DNA of 18,145 nt from a bacterium (GTDB lineage: Bacteria > Eisenbacteria > RBG-16-71-46). Positions within the stretch are counted from its first letter, which is position 1. The number at the start of each line of letters is the position of its first letter. Below the pieces are notes generated by a model that saw only the letters and a list, made by a program, of their open reading frames with translations, was not told the origin of the DNA and did no database searches. The stretch spans positions 1 to 18,145 of the forward strand of contig JAYWEM010000140.1 of the NCBI GenBank assembly GCA_043779265.1, written 5' to 3'. Positions 1 through 9,058 of this stretch are shown piece after piece. A program made the position numbers and the translations under genes.

Positions 1-16
1 GGTCGTTCAGTGCCAT
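1..16 (-). CDS. 5' end of a gene running off the window (M-A-L-N-D...); possibly gyrA, by synteny only
   Basis: The minus strand reads ...ACGAGGATGAGGCC-ATG GCA CTG AAC GAC C, with a GAGGA Shine-Dalgarno 7 nt before the ATG at 16. Only 5 codons are visible. The identity is inferred from the usual gyrB-gyrA order. Confidence 0.35.
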
Positions 17-95
17 GGCCTCATCCTCGTGGTGACGTCACGGCCCTCGTCGGGACGGCATCCTGCCGGTCCCTCGAGCCAGACGCGATGATCGG

Positions 96-697
96 TCAGC
101 GCTGCGGAGCCAGGTCCCAGCGCCATTGGAGCGTCAAGGTCGTGTAGCGATCGACGCGCGAGAACTCGATGTCGCGCGCCGACATCACCCGGTGGTAGCG
201 CGCGACGGCCGCGAGGCCGTGTGCGCCGGTCAGCGGCCACACGGCCGCTCCCCCGAGCGTGAAACCCACGGCGCTCGAGGCCGATTGCGTGCGTCCGCGC
301 ACGTCGGCCTCCTCGCGCCAATAGCCGAACTCACCCAGGGCATCGAGCCCGAGCCGGCCCCAGTGGGTGACCTCGGCGCTGCCGCTCCATGCCGCCCCAT
401 ACGTCCAGCGGTGCCCCTGAACCACGGCGCCGAGGTCGGTGCCGTCATTGGGGTCGAGCAGTCGCGTCTCGTCGGTTCCCAGGTCGTCCGCGAACAGGCG
501 GAAGCCGAAGCCGAAACGCTCGGTCACCGAGTAGTTCAGCCCGGCCGCGAGCGACACTCCCCCACCGCCCGGCTCGCCCGTGACCGATCCCGCTGATCCC
601 GCCGCGAGACGCAGTTCCGGACGCGGCCACTCCGCCTGCGCCGGCGAACCGGCGAGGAGGAACGACAGGGCGAGCATGATCGCAGGGAATCGCGCCA

Positions 698-698
<1 letters not shown>
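96..698 (-). CDS. Exported protein, probable small outer-membrane beta-barrel (200 aa)
   Basis: Lies inside ORF 96..863. The likely start is the ATG at 698, overlapping the gyrB stop (TGATG). N-terminus MARFPAIMLALSFLLAGSPAQA|E is a Sec signal peptide with an AQA site. The mature part has alternating amphipathic strands (VSLAAGLNYSV, FGFGFRLF, VGFTLGGAAVWPL, YTTLTLQWRWDL). Confidence 0.65.
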
Positions 699-2942
<2,244 letters not shown>

Positions 2943-2946
<4 letters not shown>

Positions 2947-4094
2947 CCGACCGCGTCGGGCAGACGGAGCGGCATGATCAGGCAGAGGAGATCCTCCTCG
3001 GCCTGCGACAGCGCACCGACGGGTTCGATCACTCCCGCCGAGAGCGCGGTCTTGAAGCGCACCGTGATCTTCTCGGTCGGAAGGCTGCGGAGGATCTGAA
3101 GGAGGTAGCGGGCGTTGTACCCGATCTCCATGTCCTCCCCGGCGTACTCGGCTTCGACCGTCTGTTCGCCAGCGCCGTAGTCCGCCGTCGCCGAGGAGAC
3201 GGCGAAGCGGCCACCCCGAAGCGAGAAGCGCACCTGGTTGGTGTTGCTGTCGGCGTGTGAGGCGACCAGATCGACCGCATCGACGACATCCGTGCGCATC
3301 AGGATGAGTGAGCGCGGATTGTCCTTCGGGATGACCTGCTCGTAGTTCGGATACGGCCCCTCGATGAGACGGGCCGAGACCTGCACCTGGTACTCGCCGA
3401 CGCGCGTCGAGAACCCGATGTGGTTCTTGCCATCGGCGATCCGGATATCGACTGGGCTCGTGGCCTCCTGCGCGAAGCGGCTCACCAGATACAGCACGCG
3501 TCCGGGGACGATCACGCCGTCCTTGGTCACTTCGCCGAACGCGCCCTTGCGGGTGGCCCGCGCGAGACGATGACCATCGGTGGCGACGAACGTGAGGCTC
3601 TTGCCGCCGCCCTGGATCAACACGCCCTGCAACTGCGGCCGCGCCGCTTCGTCGGACACCGCATAGGCGGTCCGCTCGATCAGGCGGGCGATCGCGTCGC
3701 CCTCGAGCGAGATGATCGCCTCGCCCTTGAGTTCGGGGACACGCGGGAAGTCCTCCGCCATGGGCGTCGGGAAGCGCGACCAGCCCTTGCCGTCACCGTA
3801 GCGCGCCTCCAGCTGCCGACCATCGTGCGCGAGGGTGATGGCGCCTTTCGGCATCTTGCGCAGCACATCGTTGAAATGCCGCGCCACAACGGCGATCCGG
3901 CCGGGAGTCCGCACTTGGGCTGGGACTCGGACCGAGGTCGTCACGTCGAGGTCGGTGCCCGTCACACGCAGGCTGTCGGCTTCGGCCTCGAGCAATACGC
4001 AATTCAGGAGGGGCTGAGTGCTTTTCTGCTGAACCGATCCGAGGGCGCGGCCGACCGCGAACGCGAGGTCGCCCTGCTGGATGGTGAGGTCCAT
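2943..4094 (-). CDS. dnaN: DNA polymerase III beta sliding clamp (383 aa)
   Basis: Motifs GTDLD, DFP, VATDGHRLA, RLIEGPYPNYEQVIP, IGYNARYL and LIMPLRL. The likely start is the ATG at 4094 (MDLTIQ...) with a GGGAG SD 7 nt upstream. The ORF-track extension to 4217 covers the promoter and leader. Confidence 0.97.
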
Positions 4095-4188
4095 GACGTC
4101 ACTCCCTGACACTTGGGAACTGCATGTCCGGCTGCGGCTTCCGAGGCCACTCCGGGTCCCTCGGGGGGCTCGTTCGGAAGGCCGCTGC

Positions 4189-4217
4189 ATTCTAGGTTCC
4201 ACCCCCATCGGTGGCAA
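4189..4217 (-). promoter_or_regulatory. Sigma70-type promoter for dnaN-dciA-gyrB
   Basis: Minus strand TTGCCA (4217-4212) - 17 nt - TAGAAT (4194-4189), near consensus in a GC-rich background and about 95 nt upstream of the dnaN ATG. Confidence 0.7.
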
Positions 4218-4242
4218 GGTTCTTCACCGTCCTCAGGGAGCC

Positions 4243-4456
4243 TTCTAATTCGTTCTCGGATAGATAATTAAGAGCTAGTAGTAGTAGGCACCGTTGGGGG
4301 TGTGGAGGAGCGTGGATAGATGGGGTTCATCTTGTTGTGCCACAACATTTTGAAGTGGCCATTCCGGCTGTGGAGCGTTGGGTGGTCCATGAACACCGCT
4401 CCCCAGCGCCGCGACGACCGATCCAACACTCCCCATTCCTCCACAGTCCGTCCACC
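4243..4456. other. oriC: oriC, unwinding sub-region (AT-rich patch, DnaA-trios, DnaA-box cluster) between dnaA and dnaN
   Basis: AT-rich 4243-4287 ends in TAGTAGTAGTAG (4276-4287). Box-like 9-mers: TGTGGAGGA 4301-4309, CGTGGATAG 4311-4319 and TGTGGAGCG 4369-4377, and in the opposite orientation CGCTCCCCA 4397-4405, CACTCCCCA 4427-4435, TCCTCCACA 4437-4445 and CCGTCCACC 4448-4456. Confidence 0.85.
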
Positions 4457-4458
4457 GT

Positions 4459-5901
4459 TCAAGCGGATGCGAGAGTGGCGATCAAACCGTCCACTCGCTG
4501 CCGGAATGAGTCCTCCTGGTGCATGCGCCGACCGACCTGATTGCACGCGTACAACACGGTCGAGTGGTCGCGCCCTCCGAACACCCGTCCGATCTCGGCG
4601 AACGAGAGCTCGGTGAGCTGGCGCATGAGGTACATCGCCACTTGCCTCGGCTGGGCCACGGTCTGGGTGCGCCGCGGGCCCATCAGGATCTCGGGCCGGA
4701 TGCCGAATCGCTCGGCCACCAGGGAGACGATGCGCTCCGGCGTCGTCGAGTCGGGCTCGGCGTGCACGTAGTCGGTCAGCACCTCCTCGGCGAGCCGCAG
4801 GTCGATGTTCTGGTGCGTCAGCGACGAGACGGCGAGCAGCCGCACGAGGCAGCCCTCCAACTCGCGCACGTTGCCCCGGATGCGATCGGCCATCATCAGG
4901 AGCACATCGTCGATGACCTGGGCCGTCGCTCCCTCCTGCTCGCAGCGCTTGCGCAGGATGGCGATGCGCGTCTCGAGGTCGGGCAGCTTGATGTCCGCGA
5001 TCAATCCCTGGTTGAAGCGCGAGATGAGGCGCTCCTCGAGCCCCTCGAGGTCCTTGGGGGCCTTGTCGGCCGTCACCACGACCTGCTTGTGGGCATCCCG
5101 CAGGGCATTGAACGTGTAGAAGAACTCCTCCTGCGTGCTCTCCTTGCCCGCCAGGAACTGGATGTCATCGATCAGCAGCACGTCGACGTTGCGGTACTTG
5201 TTTCGGAACGCGAGCGTCTGTCCGTGCTGGATCGCGTAGATCATCTCGTTGGTGAAGCGCTCCGCCGGGACGTAGTGCACCCGCGTGTCCGGGCGGTTCT
5301 CCTTCACGGTGTGGCCGATGGCGTGCAGCAGGTGCGTCTTGCCCAGCCCTGAGCCGCCGAAGATGAAGAGCGGGTTGTAGACCATTCCGGGTGTGCATGA
5401 GACCGCCTGGCAGGCGGCATGCGTGAAGCGGCTGCTGCCACCGACGACGAACGTGTCGAACACCAGGCGCGGGTTCAGCTGGCTGTCGAACCAGTGCCGG
5501 GTCGTATCGCGCGGAGGTTCGCCCGCCGCGACCGCCGGCCCCTTCACCGGGGGCGTGACTCCCGGTGGGGCGGCGGTGCGAACCACGGGCCGTGCGTCCA
5601 CCGCCTGAGTCGGGGGCGGCAGCGCGACGGGCTCGCGCGGCGAGAAGCGGATGTCGGGGCAGACCCCGAGCACGTCGGCGAGCGCGTGCCGCAGGGTGGT
5701 CAGGTGGTGCTCGTGGATCCAATCGACGAAGAAGGCGTTCGGCACCTCGAGGTCTACCAAACGCGGACCCATCTCGCGGGCCACGATCGGCGTGAACCAG
5801 GTGTCGAATGCCTGCGCACTGCTGAGACGGGACTGCACGCAGAGGAGAACCTGCTCCCAGAGACGGGACGTCTCCTCCGCGGGGACTGGCTGGACGGCCA
5901 T
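4459..5901 (-). CDS. dnaA: Chromosomal replication initiator DnaA (480 aa)
   Basis: Domain I FDTWF...VPNAF, Pro-rich domain II, Walker A GGSGLGKT, Walker B LLIDDIQ, QEEFFYTFN, NVRELEG and domain IV GGRDHSTVLYA. The likely start is the ATG at 5901 with AAGGA 8 nt upstream. The ORF-track GTG at 5940 lies inside a DnaA box. Confidence 0.97.
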   Translation of the reverse strand: MAVQPVPAEETSRLWEQVLLCVQSRLSSAQAFDTWFTPIVAREMGPRLVDLEVPNAFFVDWIHEHHLTTLRHALADVLGVCPDIRFSPREPVALPPPTQAVDARPVVRTAAPPGVTPPVKGPAVAAGEPPRDTTRHWFDSQLNPRLVFDTFVVGGSSRFTHAACQAVSCTPGMVYNPLFIFGGSGLGKTHLLHAIGHTVKENRPDTRVHYVPAERFTNEMIYAIQHGQTLAFRNKYRNVDVLLIDDIQFLAGKESTQEEFFYTFNALRDAHKQVVVTADKAPKDLEGLEERLISRFNQGLIADIKLPDLETRIAILRKRCEQEGATAQVIDDVLLMMADRIRGNVRELEGCLVRLLAVSSLTHQNIDLRLAEEVLTDYVHAEPDSTTPERIVSLVAERFGIRPEILMGPRRTQTVAQPRQVAMYLMRQLTELSFAEIGRVFGGRDHSTVLYACNQVGRRMHQEDSFRQRVDGLIATLASA

Positions 5902-5927
5902 GGTCGCGATCCTTGCCCAAGAAGGTT

Positions 5928-6342
5928 CACACTTCTCCACAGGGTTCGAGGTGCCGAGAGCGTTGCTCTATCGAGGCCGCGGGCCCAGTGGGGGGGGGCT
6001 GCTGTGGAAATCTCCCACCACACTTCTCCACATCCAGTGGAGAGGTTGTAACGTGAAGCGCTGCAGCGATTAACTGGCTCCGTTCGGTTGACTTCCCAAC
6101 ACGTTCTCCACAGTGGAGCGATCGGAAGCGAGATGCAGGGGAGAGGCGGTCCTTGGAGGGCCCCGGGGGGAGTCCTACAAGTTGTTGCAGCCCTTCGTGA
6201 TGGAGGCCAGCTCCGGGGGGGTGGCCAGGGGCCCGTGGATCGGGGCTCCTCGAGGGGCTGAGGAAGCTAGCATCGGCGGGGTGGGCCCACAAGACCCTTG
6301 TCAACCCGCTGCACGACATGGCGTTACCGGCCTCTATCCACA
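5928..6342. promoter_or_regulatory. Upstream DnaA-box cluster (dnaA autoregulatory region and/or second half of a bipartite oriC)
   Basis: TTCTCCACA at 5933-5941, 6024-6032 and 6104-6112, and CTATCCACA at 6334-6342. Reverse orientation: TGTGGAAAT 6003-6011, AGTGGAGAG 6036-6044, AGTGGAGCG 6112-6120 and CGTGGATCG 6234-6242. All lie in a gap of about 480 bp with no credible CDS. Confidence 0.75.
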
Positions 6343-6384
6343 GGCTGTCCGGAGCGCCGTTGCGGCCGTCGGTGCAACGCCTTG

Positions 6385-7020
6385 CTAGAACGGAAGATTG
6401 ACCCCCAGCATCAGCGCGAGATCGTCTCGGAACGCGTCACCGAGATTGAGCTGAACCTCGCCCACGAGGCGCAGCCCCGGGTTCATCGCCCAGTCCGCCC
6501 CGATCCTCACCGGGACCGAGACGTCGTTGCGGTCCTCGTCGTTCACATCGAATCGGCTCATGAGCAGCCCGAGCCCGACGTAGGGCATCAGCTTCTGCCC
6601 GCTTGCCAGCTCGATGTTGCGGCTCACCACCACCACAGGACCCACGGCGACACTGGTGAAGTCCTCGGCGGTATCCACGCCGAGCGCCGCTCCCAACGAG
6701 ACATCGAAGGGCGAGGACTCGTTCGCCGACATCACCCGCCCCTTGAAGTCGACGCCGAGGCGCAGCGACGTGCGCGAGGCCGAACCGACATCATTGCGGA
6801 CCAATCCGCCCTGGAACCCGAAGTCGATCTCGGGATAGAGGCTCAACCGCAGCTGGCCCATGGCGCCGAGCGCGTCCTGGGAGAGCACGACATAGCCGCC
6901 GGCGAGATGGCCGTTCATGGGGAGCGGGGTCGCGCCGGTCGTCTGACCGAACACGAACGCGGAGGCTGGGGCGGGCGCGAGCAGCACGCCGAGCACAGCC
7001 GCGAGGAGCGCAGAGCGCAT
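6385..7020 (-). CDS. Outer-membrane beta-barrel protein (211 aa)
   Basis: ATG at 7020 follows a GGAAGGAG SD. Signal peptide MRSALLAAVLGVLLAPAPASA|F. Amphipathic strands (IDFGFQGGL, LRLGVDFKG, LMPYVGLGL, VRIGADWA, LRLVGEVQL) and a terminal Phe beta-signal (LMLGVNLPF). Confidence 0.75.
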   Translation of the reverse strand: MRSALLAAVLGVLLAPAPASAFVFGQTTGATPLPMNGHLAGGYVVLSQDALGAMGQLRLSLYPEIDFGFQGGLVRNDVGSASRTSLRLGVDFKGRVMSANESSPFDVSLGAALGVDTAEDFTSVAVGPVVVVSRNIELASGQKLMPYVGLGLLMSRFDVNDEDRNDVSVPVRIGADWAMNPGLRLVGEVQLNLGDAFRDDLALMLGVNLPF

Positions 7021-7153
7021 CACGGGTTCTCCTTCCTGGAGCCGAATCGGGGAGCATCCATCCTGGACGCTGCGAGTGCACAAGGTCCCCGAGCGTTGCC
7101 CGCATCGTCAAGCGAGCTTGCCTCGATCGCCCGCTGCGTGGTCCTCTCGGGGG

Positions 7154-8047
7154 ATGCGACTCCTCAGCGATTTCGATGGCGTCTGGACCCACCCGCGCGA
7201 TGAGGCGGTGGCCCAAGGCGAGATTCTCGACGGCAGTCTCGTGGATTGGATCGACCCCGCACTTCGCAGCGACGCGAAGGCCGGGCTCGCCTACATGCGT
7301 CGCGAAGTTCGGGCCAACCCCGGCCGATACGGCTGGGCCCCCGGCGGTCGCCTGACGACCTTCGCCGACGAGGACCCCTTCGCCGAGCACAGCGGGTTGC
7401 TCCACTACCTGCACCTCCATGCCGAGGAGGATCCGGTCGTCGACGCACTGCTCGCGGCGATCCGCGAGCATGGGCACGACTCGCTCGACAGCTTCGGCGG
7501 ATGGACCCACAAAGAGGGCGTCCAGAAGGTCGAGGCCGCTCGTGGACCGGCGATCCTGGCCGCCGCGGCCGATGCCGGGCGCACGCTCCTGGCCGGTGGC
7601 GTCGAGATCGTGCTGGTCTCCAACTCGGGAACCGACAAGCTCGTGCGCTGGTTCACGCACGCCAAGGTGCCCAACACCGTGCACCCGGAGCGACCCGAGG
7701 GGTCGCTGTGGCTGAGGGGCGGTGCGCGCAAGTTCATGTTGGAGCCCGACGCGAGCCACCTGCTCAAGATGGGCGACATCGAGATCGAGACGCGGCGGCC
7801 GTTCTACGAGGAGATCCTGCGCGAGGAGATGCCGCAGGCGGTCGTGGGCGATGTGTTCTCGCTCGACCTCGCGCTTCCGCTCCAGCTCAAGCGCACCGAA
7901 CCGGCGTGGCGCGACGTGCGGCTCTTCTGGCTGGCGCGCGACTACGCGAGCCCGATGATCCGCCGCGCGCTCATGGCGCACGCGCCCGAGGTCGAGATCA
8001 TCGAGGATGGCCTCGAGGGCGTCGCGTCGCGGATCAAGCAGGGCTGA
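7154..8047 (+). CDS. HAD-superfamily hydrolase, probable phosphatase (297 aa)
   Basis: Start ATG at 7154 gives MRLLSDFDGVWT (motif I DxDG). Motif II is LVSNS and motif IV is VVGDVFSLD (GDxxxxD). A long cap insertion lies between motifs I and II. Confidence 0.8.
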   Translation: MRLLSDFDGVWTHPRDEAVAQGEILDGSLVDWIDPALRSDAKAGLAYMRREVRANPGRYGWAPGGRLTTFADEDPFAEHSGLLHYLHLHAEEDPVVDALLAAIREHGHDSLDSFGGWTHKEGVQKVEAARGPAILAAAADAGRTLLAGGVEIVLVSNSGTDKLVRWFTHAKVPNTVHPERPEGSLWLRGGARKFMLEPDASHLLKMGDIEIETRRPFYEEILREEMPQAVVGDVFSLDLALPLQLKRTEPAWRDVRLFWLARDYASPMIRRALMAHAPEVEIIEDGLEGVASRIKQG

Positions 8048-8936
8048 TCGGCGCCGCGGGTCGTTGGCGTGTGAAGAACGCCGAGGCCCAGGCCATCCGA
8101 TCGCGGAATCCGAGTCGGCGATACGCCGCGAGCGCCGGCGCATTGAAGTCGTTGACGAACAGACACACCTCGCGCGAGCGCAGCAGCAATCGTCCACACA
8201 GCTCGCCCAACGCGCGCGTCGCAATGCCGTGGCCGCGATGCTCGGGGGCCGTCCACACGCCGCTCACCTGGGCGGCATCCGCGGTGAGCGCGCTCACGCT
8301 GGCGCGGAACACGAGACCGCGAGCGTCGCGCCAGACGTAGGTGAACCCATCGCGGCAGTCCTCCTCGACGCGGCGGGCATAGGCCACCGCATCGATCTCG
8401 CGCGGATCCTCGAGCAACTCCTCCGCTCGCAACGCCGCTCCGCTCGCATAGAGGAGTGCGTAGTCCTCGCGCCTCGCGGTCCGCAGCTCGGGAAGCGGCT
8501 CCATGGCCTGCCTCGCCTCTCGCGACAGCGACAGATAGCGCTGGCGACGTTCGAGCCGCGGCGGGAGGGAGGCGCCCGGGAAGCCCTCCCGCAGCCAGCC
8601 GACCGCCTGCTCGGGCCCGATCACCTGGAAGCGAGGCGGCAGCAGGTCGAGCCGCGTGGTCGCCGTGACGCCGAGTGCGCGCAAGCCCTCTTCGTCATCG
8701 CCGAACGGGAGCACGGCGCCCGAGCCCGCTCCCAGATGGACGAGCGCCGTGAGTCGACCCGCCCGCCTCGCCCCGTACCACTCGTCTCGCGGCTTCGCGA
8801 GCGCGTCGCGCAGGATGAGCGCGAGCAGGTACACGTTGACCACCGGGTCGTCATCGAGGAAGCAGATCGCCTCCGGCACGTCGAACGGGCCGAGGCGGTC
8901 GATGGTCAGCGGTGGCGTGGCGGGGTCGGCGGTCAT
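8034..8936 (-). CDS. GNAT-family N-acetyltransferase with an extra N-terminal domain (DUF4081-like architecture)
   Basis: C-terminal GNAT motifs AQVSGVWTAPEHRGHGIA (acetyl-CoA binding R-G-x-G-x-A) and LFVNDFNAPALAAYRRLGF. A GGGAG SD precedes the ATG at 8936. Confidence 0.85.
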   Translation of the reverse strand: MTADPATPPLTIDRLGPFDVPEAICFLDDDPVVNVYLLALILRDALAKPRDEWYGARRAGRLTALVHLGAGSGAVLPFGDDEEGLRALGVTATTRLDLLPPRFQVIGPEQAVGWLREGFPGASLPPRLERRQRYLSLSREARQAMEPLPELRTARREDYALLYASGAALRAEELLEDPREIDAVAYARRVEEDCRDGFTYVWRDARGLVFRASVSALTADAAQVSGVWTAPEHRGHGIATRALGELCGRLLLRSREVCLFVNDFNAPALAAYRRLGFRDRMAWASAFFTRQRPAAPISPA

Positions 8937-9011
8937 GTCAGGGCTCCCGAGCGAGCGACGAATCTACGCGGCCCGGGGCGTCGAGGCGAGTCCCGATTCC
9001 GTGTGCGGCGC

Positions 9012-9040
9012 TTGGTTCGTCACGAGGGCCCCCGTAGCAT
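9012..9040 (+). promoter_or_regulatory. Putative sigma70 promoter for phoB-phoR
   Basis: TTGGTT (9012-9017) - 17 nt - TAGCAT (9035-9040). A single GTCAC Pho-like half-site lies at 9019-9023 and a GGGAGG SD at 9048-9053. Confidence 0.4.
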
Positions 9041-9058
9041 GCGACTCGGGAGGGTGCC

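Noticed and set aside
4095..4217. 41-aa N-terminal extension of DnaN in the ORF track
   Set aside because: It starts at the TTG of the -35 hexamer and has low-complexity sequence. A good SD precedes the ATG at 4094, where clamp homology begins.
4268..4616. Small ORFs across the dnaA-dnaN gap (4268..4546, 4320..4616, 4337..4540)
   Set aside because: They overlap DnaA boxes, trios and the dnaA 3' end, have no recognisable motif, and are better explained as origin DNA.
5902..5940. GTG start of dnaA at 5940
   Set aside because: The GTG is part of the DnaA box TTCTCCACA (5933-5941). The ATG at 5901 has an AAGGA SD.
6053..6073. GTG AAG CGC... (MKR) as a possible rpmH start divergent from dnaA
   Set aside because: It reads MKRCSD then stop, with no L34 sequence (MKRTxQP...R-rich).
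6791..8340. Alternative long ORFs 6791..8224 (-) and 7246..8340 (+)
   Set aside because: They are off-frame or antisense to the motif-bearing HAD gene and have the Arg/Pro/Gly-rich composition typical of GC-rich non-coding frames.
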